Source: Chthoniobacterales bacterium
GTDB lineage: Bacteria > Verrucomicrobiota > Verrucomicrobiia > Chthoniobacterales > Chthoniobacteraceae
Assembly (NCBI GenBank): GCA_038207335.1
Contig: JBBQZX010000026.1
Span: 22,217-86,216, forward strand
Reading direction: 5' to 3'
DNA: 64,000 bases
Shown here in pieces: positions 20,484 to 29,557 of the stretch (position 1 is its first letter; each line of letters opens with the position of its first letter). Below the pieces are notes generated by a model. The model saw only the letters and a list, made by a program, of their open reading frames with translations, was not told the origin of the DNA and ran no database searches. Made by a program: the position numbers and the translations under genes.

Positions 20484-21824
20484 TCAGAGCGGTTTGATCG
20501 ACACGTCGCGAAACATCACGGGATCGTTGTGCCCCGCGAAGCCGAAGAAGCCGCTGGTGCGGTCTTTGCCGGGATGGGCGCTGTGGGCCATGACGGCGGT
20601 CATGTCCACGGTGCTCAGGTCGGTGTCGAGGATGACGGTGCCGTTGAGTTCGACGCGGATGGTCGAGCCTTTGATCGTCACTTCCTGGAAATTCCAGTCG
20701 CCGATTGGATGCTGGTATCCGCGTTGCGCGGCGACCATTCCGTAGGCCGAACCGTGGGCCTGCCGGGGGTCGATTTTGCCGCGCACTTTTTCGTAATTGT
20801 CGTCGAGCACCTGCAGCTCGCACATGCCCTGATAGGCGGTGTCCCCATTGAGCGCGCAGCGGATGGCGAGGCCGTTGTTTCCGCCGGGCGGAACCTTGAA
20901 TTCCAGCCGTGCGACGAAGTCCGCGTATTCGTCCTTGGTCAGCAGATTTCCACCTTTGCCGGGTTTGCAGCCGATCGCGCCGTCGCGAACTTCGTAATTG
21001 TCCACGGCACCCTGCCAGCCTGCGAGGTCCGTGCCATTGAAGAGCGATTTGAAGCCCGCATCCGCGCCGTGGCTGGCGAGGATTTTGTTCGCTTCGTCGC
21101 TGCCGATTTCGCGGATGAAAATGTTGCGCCATTTGATCGAAGCGCCGTGCGTTTGCAGGCAGATCGGACCGCGCGGAAGGATCGGAGTTTTGCGGTCGTA
21201 GTAATTTTCGAGGGTTGCGTGATCGACGACGAGTTGGTCGTTCAGCCAGACGCTGACGCGCGCTCCGACCATGAGCACGCGGAAGTGGTTCCACTCGCCG
21301 GATGGCTTGTCCGCGAGCACCAGCGGATCTTTACCCGGCGCGCCGGGCGAGTTGTTCCAGAGCCCGCCGCTTCCTTTGTCCGCGCCGTTCTTGAATTCGC
21401 GGGCGTTGGTGTGATCCCAAATCTGCACCTGCGGGACGTTGCGGAGATAAATTCCCGAGTCGCCGAGCGGGGCCATGTTGTAATCCACGAACAGCTCGAA
21501 GTCGCCGTATTCCTTCTCGGTCGTCGCGTAGTCGCCCTTGCCGTCGTTGAGCAGTTCACCGCCTTCCGCCTTCCAGTGTTCGTGCATCGTCGCGGTCCAT
21601 TTTTCGATCTGCGCGGCACGGGTGGCGTCGTCCATCGCCGCGAGTTTCCGTGGATCGAAGGTGCTGCCGCCCCGCCAGCCGGTGAGGTCGGTGCCGTTGA
21701 AAAGCGCGGTGAAGCCCGCGGGTGGTGCGGTCTCCGCGCGGACTGAAAACTGCAGCGAAACCACTGCCAGAGCGGTGGCGAAAACATGGGAAACGAAACG
21801 GCGACGGAGCAGGGGAATTTTCAT
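20484..21824 (-). CDS. Secreted tandem DUF1080 (3-keto-disaccharide hydrolase) protein
   Basis: Two LFNGTDL.GW repeats, DSGIYLR/NNGLAIR, GEWN/GDWN, FRDVSIK. Confidence 0.88.
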   Translation of the reverse strand: MKIPLLRRRFVSHVFATALAVVSLQFSVRAETAPPAGFTALFNGTDLTGWRGGSTFDPRKLAAMDDATRAAQIEKWTATMHEHWKAEGGELLNDGKGDYATTEKEYGDFELFVDYNMAPLGDSGIYLRNVPQVQIWDHTNAREFKNGADKGSGGLWNNSPGAPGKDPLVLADKPSGEWNHFRVLMVGARVSVWLNDQLVVDHATLENYYDRKTPILPRGPICLQTHGASIKWRNIFIREIGSDEANKILASHGADAGFKSLFNGTDLAGWQGAVDNYEVRDGAIGCKPGKGGNLLTKDEYADFVARLEFKVPPGGNNGLAIRCALNGDTAYQGMCELQVLDDNYEKVRGKIDPRQAHGSAYGMVAAQRGYQHPIGDWNFQEVTIKGSTIRVELNGTVILDTDLSTVDMTAVMAHSAHPGKDRTSGFFGFAGHNDPVMFRDVSIKPL

Positions 21825-21924
21825 AAGTCGGCAAAAGGTTGAACGCCCCGCGCCGTCCCCGGCGAGCAAATTGAAGAGAGCCAGCCGCTTCGCAAAATAT
21901 GGGAGCAGCTAAGCTTCAAAGCTT

Positions 21925-22023
21925 ATCATTCTGAGTGCCTACGAAGAATCTCCAGCCTCTGTCTTTCTCACGCGCTCGAAGTGAAAGGTACAGAATTGCG
22001 ATCTTTCGCTGGCTCAAGATGAC
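21925..22023. repeat. Degenerate REP/MITE-like palindromic element
   Basis: Arms TCATTCTGAGTGCCTACGAAGAATCTC and GCGATCTTTCGCTGGCTCAAGATGAC are imperfectly complementary. They resemble the widespread GTCATTCTGAGCG..GCGAAGAATCT repeat family. Confidence 0.55.
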
Positions 22024-22123
22024 GGGCTTTTCCAAGTGAGCCATCACCAGTTCCGGCGAGTCCGCGCCCGCTTGCCCGACTCCACGTCCGCACGGAGCTC
22101 ACGCCGGCCTCGCCGCCGCGCGA

Positions 22124-25100
22124 TCAAGCCACTTCGACCGCGTGAACGTCGGGAGTCGGTCCGACGGCAAAGGAGTCCTGGACGGCAGTTTTGCTGCTGA
22201 ACGCGAATTTTGTGCTGCCGACTTTGAGGGAGCCGATCTGCTGGGCGCTGAAAAGAAATGTGCTGCCTGGGACCGCACCGGGCGCGCCCGAGATGCCGGC
22301 AGTCACGCTGATGCTGGCGATGCGGGAAACGATGGCCGCATTCACGTCGGCAATCGCGGTGCCGTCGGGCTTCACGCCGGCGAGGACGTTGCTCCGCGAC
22401 CAACTTCCTTTCGCCACCACCGCGCCGATTTGCACGTCGGAGCGGAGCGGCGAAAGGCTGGTGCTGTAGCCGGCGAGGAGGTCGAGGCGGGACACGTCGC
22501 CGCTGACGGTGAGCGATTTGATCGCGTTGGCTTTCGACGAGGACGCCGGCGCGGCCAGACCTTCGGCGACTATGTGGACATTCGCGGTGGCGGCGCCGCG
22601 CACGTCGCCGGTGATCTTGATCGAACTTAGCGTGGAGCCGCTGAAGATGCCGGTGAGCGTGTTGCTCCCGCCGAAGAGCGAGCCGCTGATCGTGATCGCG
22701 CCGATGGTGCCGAGGTCGCTCATGCCGAGGTCGGCAAAAATGGACCCGGCGTAGTCTCCCGAGCCGCCGATCAAGTCGCCGCTGATTTTGACCGACGCGA
22801 TGTTCCCACCCGCCGTAATGCTGCCGGACTGCACGCCGCTGCCACCGTAAACGCTGCGGCCGATCGTCACCTTCCCGATGCTGGTCGGGCTCTCGATGTT
22901 GCCCGTGTCCGGGCCGGAGCCGCCGTAAAGCGAGCCGCTCACGGTGATGTTGCCGATCTTGCCGAGCGCCGCGACGCAGGCGGAATCCTCCACGGTGCCG
23001 CCGCGGACATCGCCCTTGATGGTGACGCGGCTGAGATCGACCGTGGCGCTGAGCGCGGCGGCGTTGCCCAGACCGATGATCGAGCCGCCGATCGTCGCCT
23101 TGGCGAGCGTGCCGAAGACAGCGAACCCGACGCCATTCACGTCGGTCGCGACGGTGAGCTTCGAGACTTTCCCGAACAGGTTGCTCTGCGGCGAAGTCGC
23201 TCCAGTGCTTGATCCGCGGCCCCCGAGCGAATGCAACGTGAGCGTGCCGACCGCCGCCACCGTCGCGCTACTGCTGCCGCCTGCGATCACGCCCACGTCG
23301 CCGGGCGTCGTCACTTTCGTAAGATCGACGCCCGTGAAATCGATCGCGCCGATATCCACGAACCCGTCGCCGCCATTCGCCGAGCTGCGCGCCGCAGTGA
23401 TCGTGAGGCTCGCCTTCTTCCCATTGAAATCCGCGTCGTTGGCGAGATTGATCCGCCGGAGCTGCCCGCTGGTCGCGTCGGGGAATTCAAAGTTCGCGAG
23501 GTCGAACTTGCCCTTGTCCGTCTTGATCGTCACGAGGTCGCCGTCCACGTCGGAGAAGGTGAAAGTCTTGCCGTCGGCGGAAAGGACGCGCTCGCCACCG
23601 ATGAACGGCGTGAAAGCGACGGGCGGGAGCGGCGCAGCAGCGTCGAGCTCACGCACCCGGAGGTCGAAAGTCGCGCCGACGTTGAACTCATCCTCAGCCG
23701 TGTTCGACGCGGTCGTCTTCGTCAGCGGGAAGGTCGCCTTGCCGACCTTCAGCGACCCGATTTGCTCCGCCGTGAAGGCGTAGCGATCCGAGCCGCCGTC
23801 CGTCCCGCGAGCTTCGCCGGTGATCGCGATGCTCGCGATTTTCGTGAAGATGGACGCGCTCACGCCGGCGATCACGCTGTCGTCGGGCGTGCCAAATTTC
23901 CCATCCATGCCCGGGTTCACGCCCGCCGAGATCGAGCCGCCGATCCAGTCGCCTTTCACCACGACTTTTCCGATCTGCGCGTCGGCGACCAGCGCCGCAC
24001 CCGCCGTGTCAAAGCCCGCGATGACTCTGGCAAAATGCACGCTGCCGGTGACGGTGAGACTCTTCAGCGTGGAAGACTTGGCGTCCTTGCCGGAGCTGAT
24101 GAATGCAGGGTTCGCAGCCGATCCGAAGACGCTGCCGCCGACCGTCACCGCGCCGAGCGAGCCGCCCGCAAAGACGCCCGTGCGCCCGCTCGTGCCGCCA
24201 TCGAGATTGCCGGAAATGGTCACGTTGCCGATCGCGCCGAGCGACTTCACCGAGCCGGAAAAGTCCCCCGCGCCGCCGATCAGATTGCCCGTGATCTTCA
24301 CCGAACTGATCGCGCCCATCGCCGAGATGCCGCCGCTCGCGGTCCCGCCGTGCACGTCGTGCGAGATAGTCACCGCGCCGATCGTCGAGCCCGAGATGAG
24401 CGTCGCGCTATTCGCCCCAGTCCCGCCGAAGATCGACCCGCTCACCTTCACCTTGCCGATCGACGCACCCGTGATCGATGCCGAGCCCGCGCCCACGCCG
24501 CCGAGCAGATTCCCACCGATCGTGGTCGTCCCGATCGAGCCTGCCGCGATGACCGACCCGCTGTTCGCCGTCGCGCCGCCGATGAGCGAGTGACTGACCG
24601 TCAGCGTCCCGATCTTGCCATTCACCCCCGTCACATTCACGAACGCCCCGTCGATATCCGTCGTCACCGCGAGCTTCGTCAGCGGCCCGTTGATATCACT
24701 CTCCAGCGACCCGCCCACGCCCTGCGTCGTGAGCCCGTAGCGCCCGAGCGAATTCACCGTCAGCGTCGTGATCGCCGCCTTCGTCGAGCCCGTCCCCGCG
24801 TCGATCTGCCCGAGATCGCCCGACACCGTCACCTTCCCGAGATCGATCCCGTGCGCGTCGATCGCCCCCACATTCACCAGCCCGTCCCCGCCCAGCGGCC
24901 CCGGCTTCGCAGTGATCGTGATCGTCGCCCCCGTGTTGTCGTAGTCCGCGACCCCATTCCCCAGGCTCAGGTTCAAAAGCTGGAGCTGCTTCCCGCCCAG
25001 CACCGCCCCCGGCGCGCTCGCGAGCAGGAATTCCGCGGGGTCCAGTTTCCCCTTCGTCGTCTTCACCGTCACGATGTCGCCGTCCACGTCCGTGTAGGTG

Positions 25101-26656
25101 AAAGTCTTCCCGTCCGCCGACCCGCTCAGATTCGTGCCGAGGACGATGAAAGCCTTCTCCGCGACCTGCCCGCTCGGCGGGATCCACGCCGCGTCGTCGA
25201 GCCCGTCGCCGTTGATGTCCCCGATGAAGTTGAAGGTGCCGTAATTATGCAGCGTCGGCGTGATGTCCGGGCGAAAGAGATACGTCCCGCTGCCCTTCGT
25301 GCTGTTCAGGGTGTAGAGGCCGCTCTTCTGCGTGCCGTTGTAAATGGCGAGAGTCCCCGCGCCGTCCAGATACGCCAGGTAATCCGTCACGCCATCGCCA
25401 TCGAAATCGCCCGGATCGTAGAACAAGTCGGAGATGCCCCCGTTGCCGTAGGGATTCCTGCCGTCCGGCCCGACCAGCACCTGCCGCGTCAGTGTCTGCG
25501 GCTTGGTAAAAGGATTCGTCGAAAAGCCCGACCCGCTGTTCTTCGCCCACACGAAGCCCTCCGTCTTTTCGGGAAAGCCGAAATTGAAAGGAATCCCGAG
25601 ATCGAGCTTCCCGTCGCCGTCGATGTCACGCAGCACGACCTTGCTCCCCACGAAATATTGGTGCGGCGTCGTCACCGTCGGGATGTCAAAGCCCTGCGCC
25701 GCCGTGAGCGTCACCACATTCAGCACCGCCGTGCTCGTCGTCTGGCCGAAGACCACCGTCGTGTGCAGCGTCCCCCCATTGGGCAGATTCCCCACGCCAA
25801 TGTCGTCGCGACCGTCCTGATTCACATCGCCGATGAAGCCCACGCTGGCCCCGATCCTGTCGTTCGACTTACTCGACGCGATCAGAAAGCCGTTCGTGCC
25901 ATTGAGCGACGCCGTCGAGAGCGTCGGCGTGAAAGCGCCCGTATGCCCGAAGATCACGAACACCCCGCCCCCGCCCGTCTGCACGAATGCCGACACATCC
26001 GGCGCGCCCACCAGGATATCCGCAAAGCCATCACCATTGTAATCGCCGCCCTGTCCCTCACCCAGCAGCACGCGCCCGCCCACCACCGTGCCCACCCCGC
26101 CCGGGAAGCTGCGATCGTCCCCCGCGATCTTAAAGCCATTCGTCCCATTGAGCCCCCCGATATTCTGCGTGGCCGGCAGCGCCGCGCCGCCAAAGAACAC
26201 ATACACCTCCCCATCCCCGCCGCTCCCAGTCGATGACGCACCGATCACGATGTCATCGAAGCCGTCCCCATTCACATCCCCCGCGCTCGCCACCGCCTTG
26301 CCAAAGCCGCCGCCCTTCCCACCGATCAGCACCCCGCTCGTCCCCAGCGCATCGAGATTGATATTCACCGGAAACCCACCCGGACGCCCCCAGATCACCG
26401 CCACCAGCCCCTGATTCCCGGGGCTACTATCCGCATGACCGGTATCCGAGCCGATGAGAAGATCATCGTATCCGTCCCCATTCACATCCCCGCCATTGGC
26501 GATCGCCGTATAGCCCGGTTGAAACGCCTGTGTATCCACGCCCCCAGTCACCGTGAAGCCATTCGAGCCATTGAGCCCGAGTAGCGAGAAAGTCGTAAAA
26601 GCCGGAGCGATACGGGTCTCGAGAGGTTCGATAAAAGTGCGGCGGCGTTGGATCAT
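22124..26656 (-). CDS. Large (~1510 aa) surface protein with LEPRxLL-type N-terminal motif, FG-GAP repeats and Gly-rich beta-helix-like repeats
   Basis: IEPLETRIAPA; GDVNGDG.DD repeats; two DGKTFT..DVDGD.VT.KT.KG modules; repeated IG.VTI.G.L.GG.G units. Confidence 0.85.
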   Translation of the reverse strand: MIQRRRTFIEPLETRIAPAFTTFSLLGLNGSNGFTVTGGVDTQAFQPGYTAIANGGDVNGDGYDDLLIGSDTGHADSSPGNQGLVAVIWGRPGGFPVNINLDALGTSGVLIGGKGGGFGKAVASAGDVNGDGFDDIVIGASSTGSGGDGEVYVFFGGAALPATQNIGGLNGTNGFKIAGDDRSFPGGVGTVVGGRVLLGEGQGGDYNGDGFADILVGAPDVSAFVQTGGGGVFVIFGHTGAFTPTLSTASLNGTNGFLIASSKSNDRIGASVGFIGDVNQDGRDDIGVGNLPNGGTLHTTVVFGQTTSTAVLNVVTLTAAQGFDIPTVTTPHQYFVGSKVVLRDIDGDGKLDLGIPFNFGFPEKTEGFVWAKNSGSGFSTNPFTKPQTLTRQVLVGPDGRNPYGNGGISDLFYDPGDFDGDGVTDYLAYLDGAGTLAIYNGTQKSGLYTLNSTKGSGTYLFRPDITPTLHNYGTFNFIGDINGDGLDDAAWIPPSGQVAEKAFIVLGTNLSGSADGKTFTYTDVDGDIVTVKTTKGKLDPAEFLLASAPGAVLGGKQLQLLNLSLGNGVADYDNTGATITITAKPGPLGGDGLVNVGAIDAHGIDLGKVTVSGDLGQIDAGTGSTKAAITTLTVNSLGRYGLTTQGVGGSLESDINGPLTKLAVTTDIDGAFVNVTGVNGKIGTLTVSHSLIGGATANSGSVIAAGSIGTTTIGGNLLGGVGAGSASITGASIGKVKVSGSIFGGTGANSATLISGSTIGAVTISHDVHGGTASGGISAMGAISSVKITGNLIGGAGDFSGSVKSLGAIGNVTISGNLDGGTSGRTGVFAGGSLGAVTVGGSVFGSAANPAFISSGKDAKSSTLKSLTVTGSVHFARVIAGFDTAGAALVADAQIGKVVVKGDWIGGSISAGVNPGMDGKFGTPDDSVIAGVSASIFTKIASIAITGEARGTDGGSDRYAFTAEQIGSLKVGKATFPLTKTTASNTAEDEFNVGATFDLRVRELDAAAPLPPVAFTPFIGGERVLSADGKTFTFSDVDGDLVTIKTDKGKFDLANFEFPDATSGQLRRINLANDADFNGKKASLTITAARSSANGGDGFVDIGAIDFTGVDLTKVTTPGDVGVIAGGSSSATVAAVGTLTLHSLGGRGSSTGATSPQSNLFGKVSKLTVATDVNGVGFAVFGTLAKATIGGSIIGLGNAAALSATVDLSRVTIKGDVRGGTVEDSACVAALGKIGNITVSGSLYGGSGPDTGNIESPTSIGKVTIGRSVYGGSGVQSGSITAGGNIASVKISGDLIGGSGDYAGSIFADLGMSDLGTIGAITISGSLFGGSNTLTGIFSGSTLSSIKITGDVRGAATANVHIVAEGLAAPASSSKANAIKSLTVSGDVSRLDLLAGYSTSLSPLRSDVQIGAVVAKGSWSRSNVLAGVKPDGTAIADVNAAIVSRIASISVTAGISGAPGAVPGSTFLFSAQQIGSLKVGSTKFAFSSKTAVQDSFAVGPTPDVHAVEVA

Positions 26657-26803
26657 GAGGGTAGTGTTTTGGGGGTTTTGAGAAAAATTCGCACGATCCT
26701 GAGAGCGAAGCGGCCGCAGGAATCGGCGCGACTTAGGCGAACCGAAAGCCCATGTCAACGGGGACTGTCCACGCCGGGTGTCCTGTCCTCCATTCTGGCC
26801 CGG

Positions 26804-28414
26804 CTACCCTGCCGTGAGGGCGGCGCGCTCGTTGCCGGTGGTGCCGGTCTTTTCGAGGAAATAGTCGTAGCCGCCGGAGTACGGGGTGACTTGCCCGGCG
26901 TTCACATGCAGCACTTTCGTCGCGAGTTTTCGGATGAAATGCACGTCGTGCGAAATGAACATGAGCGTGCCTTCGTACCGCTCCAGTGCGAGGATGAGCG
27001 ACTCGACGGTGTGGATGTCGAGGTGCGTCGTCGGCTCGTCCATGAGCAGCAGATTCGGCGGATCGACGAGAAATTTGATGAGGTTCAGCCGGCTCTTTTC
27101 GCCGCCGCTGAGGACGCCCGTTTTTTTGTAGATTTCCTCTTTCCGAAAAAGGAACGACCCGAGAATGCCGCGCGCCTCTTCCTCTCGGATCGTCGGCGCG
27201 CTCGCCATCACCTCCTCAAGCACGGTTTTGTCGGCGTCGAGGGTCTCGGAGCGGTGCTGGCTGAAATATCCGATTTTCGCGTTGTGCCCGAGTTTGCGTT
27301 CGCCTTTTTGAAACTCGACGACGCCGGCGAGGATTTTTAGCAGCGTCGATTTTCCCGCGCCGTTTGGTCCGACGAGGACGGTGCGTTCGCCGCGTTCGAT
27401 CGTGAGGTCCAGGCCCGCATAAACTTTGTTCGCGCCGTAAGCCATGTGGATGCCTTCGAGCGAAATTGCGCGCTGACCGCCGCGCGGCGGCTGCGGGATT
27501 TGGAAGCGGAACGGCTTGCGCGGCGGCGTCGGTTTTTCGATGAGCTCCATGCGCTCGATTTGTTTGAGCTTGCTCATCGCCTGCGACGCTTTCGACGCGA
27601 CCTGCCGGAAGCGGTCGTAGAATTCGCGCAGCGCGGCGATCTCCTTTTGCTGGTTTTTGTAGGCGGCGTTCTGCTGTTCGTAGTTCGCCTCTTTTTTCTC
27701 GAGAAAGGCGGAGTAGTTGCCGGTGTAGGGCACCAGTTTTTGCTCCGCGATCTCGTGCACGCTCTCGACGATTTCGTCCATGAACTGCCGATCGTGCGAG
27801 ATCATCAAAATCGCGCCGGAGTAGGTCTTGAGATATTCCTGGAGCCAGAGGAGTGACAGGAGGTCGAGGTGGTTCGTGGGCTCGTCGAGCAGGAGAAGAT
27901 CGGGTTCCATCACGAGCAGCCGCGCGAGGTGCGCGCGCATGATCCAGCCGCCGCTGAGCTCCTTGGCTTTTCGTGAAAAATCGGTTTCGCGGTATCCGAG
28001 GCCGCGCAGGATTTTCTTCGCCTTCGCCTCGACTTCCGGGTTGCTGAGCGCCTCGTGCTTCGCGTGAGCCTCGAGATATTCCGGCCCATCGACGGTGCCG
28101 GCTTTTTCGAGTTCGTGCAGTTTGGTTTCGAGCGCCTGCAGGTCGCCCGCGCGGCCGGTCGCGACATCCATCACGGTTTCTTCGCCGACGGTTTCACTCT
28201 CCTGCGGAAGATATCCAACCATCGTCCACTCGTCGCGCTCGATCGCGCCGGAGTCGGGCTCGTCGGTCTTTAGAATGAGGCCGAAGAGCGTAGATTTTCC
28301 CGCGCCATTCGGCCCAACGAGCGCAACGCGTTCGCCGTAGTTGACGGTGAGCGTGGCGTTTTCGAAGAGCGTGCGGCCGCCGATGGTTTTGCGTAGATCG
28401 CGGATCGTGAGCAT
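26804..28414 (-). CDS. ABC-F family ATP-binding protein (translation factor-like)
   Basis: Two GPNGAGKS Walker A motifs, LSGGW/LSGGE, LDEPTNHLD, no TM segments. Confidence 0.93.
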   Translation of the reverse strand: MLTIRDLRKTIGGRTLFENATLTVNYGERVALVGPNGAGKSTLFGLILKTDEPDSGAIERDEWTMVGYLPQESETVGEETVMDVATGRAGDLQALETKLHELEKAGTVDGPEYLEAHAKHEALSNPEVEAKAKKILRGLGYRETDFSRKAKELSGGWIMRAHLARLLVMEPDLLLLDEPTNHLDLLSLLWLQEYLKTYSGAILMISHDRQFMDEIVESVHEIAEQKLVPYTGNYSAFLEKKEANYEQQNAAYKNQQKEIAALREFYDRFRQVASKASQAMSKLKQIERMELIEKPTPPRKPFRFQIPQPPRGGQRAISLEGIHMAYGANKVYAGLDLTIERGERTVLVGPNGAGKSTLLKILAGVVEFQKGERKLGHNAKIGYFSQHRSETLDADKTVLEEVMASAPTIREEEARGILGSFLFRKEEIYKKTGVLSGGEKSRLNLIKFLVDPPNLLLMDEPTTHLDIHTVESLILALERYEGTLMFISHDVHFIRKLATKVLHVNAGQVTPYSGGYDYFLEKTGTTGNERAALTAG

Positions 28415-28475
28415 GTGACTTGGGATTAAAAAACGGGCGGGTTCGTTAGCGTCGGATCGGTCGGAGCGCCAGCGA

Positions 28476-29435
28476 TTATCCCGCGTGGTCGCTGAGGAAC
28501 TCGACAACGCGGCGTTCGGAGTAGCGTTCGAGGCCGTTTTTTAAATCGAGGAAACCGACGTGGCCGCCGGATGCGGGCGCTTCGAGATAGAAAGCGGAAC
28601 TCGCCTCGGCTTCCGGAAATGGGAAGCACTCGGGCGCGAGGAACGGGTCGTTGGCGGCGTTGAGCAGCAACGTCGGCAGGGTAATTCGTTTCAGAAACTG
28701 GCGCGCGCTGGACTGCGCCCAATAATCGGCGGCGTCGCGAAATCCGTGCAGCGGCGCGGTGTAGCGGTCGTCGAATTCCTGAAAGCTGCGAATCTTCCGC
28801 GCGCCAGCGGCATCGACTTCGCCGGGAAAACGAAGCGCCTTCGCTTCGATTTTCGCGACGAGCGTAGTGAGGAATCGCCGCAGATAAATGCGGTTCGCCC
28901 ATTCGCGATCAAGCTTTCGCGCGCTGGCGGCGAGATCGACGGGCGCGGAAATTGCGGCTGCGGTGACGACCGCCGGATGAGGCGGAGATTCGCCGAGATA
29001 TTTCAACGTGAGATTTCCGCCGAGACTGAAACCGACGAGCGCGATGCGCGAATACGTCGCAGCCGTGGCTTCAATGACGAGACGCAGATCACTCGTCGCG
29101 CCGCTGTGGTACAAGCGCAGCAGGCGATTAGGCTCGCTACCGCAACCGCGGAAATTCCAGGCGAGGACATCCCAGCCGGCTTTTGAGAGAGCCGCCGACA
29201 TTCCGCGGACGTAGTCATTTTCCACCGATCCCTCTAGGCCGTGAGAAAGGATCGCGGTGCGTGCGTGGCCACCGCGGAGCCAGTGCAGATCGAGAAAGTC
29301 GCCATCTTCCAACTCCATCCGCTCGCACTGGAAAACGACTGAAAGACGGCGCGGCAGTAAGACGGGCAGGATCGTCTGGACGTGTCCATTCAAGAGAAGT
29401 GCGGGCGGGTGAAATCGGGAGCGGATGACGGGCAT
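28476..29435 (-). CDS. YheT-like alpha/beta hydrolase
   Basis: NGHVQTI, HGLEGS, NFRGC, YHSG, GFSLGG, NAANDPF, GGHVGF. Confidence 0.9.
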   Translation of the reverse strand: MPVIRSRFHPPALLLNGHVQTILPVLLPRRLSVVFQCERMELEDGDFLDLHWLRGGHARTAILSHGLEGSVENDYVRGMSAALSKAGWDVLAWNFRGCGSEPNRLLRLYHSGATSDLRLVIEATAATYSRIALVGFSLGGNLTLKYLGESPPHPAVVTAAAISAPVDLAASARKLDREWANRIYLRRFLTTLVAKIEAKALRFPGEVDAAGARKIRSFQEFDDRYTAPLHGFRDAADYWAQSSARQFLKRITLPTLLLNAANDPFLAPECFPFPEAEASSAFYLEAPASGGHVGFLDLKNGLERYSERRVVEFLSDHAG

Positions 29436-29557
29436 GCAGTGAGGCGAGAGTGTGAGCGCGAGGTGAGGACTCTCGACGAGGCGCGGCGGACCGGGAGTAG
29501 AATTTGGTCCGCGACGCTTTTATTTCCTGAAGTTTTGCTCCACTCTCGCTGCAGAAC

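Noticed and set aside
23231..26236. 1001-aa plus-strand ORF
   Set aside because: Antisense shadow of the Gly-rich surface protein; Arg-rich composition typical of high-GC off-frames.
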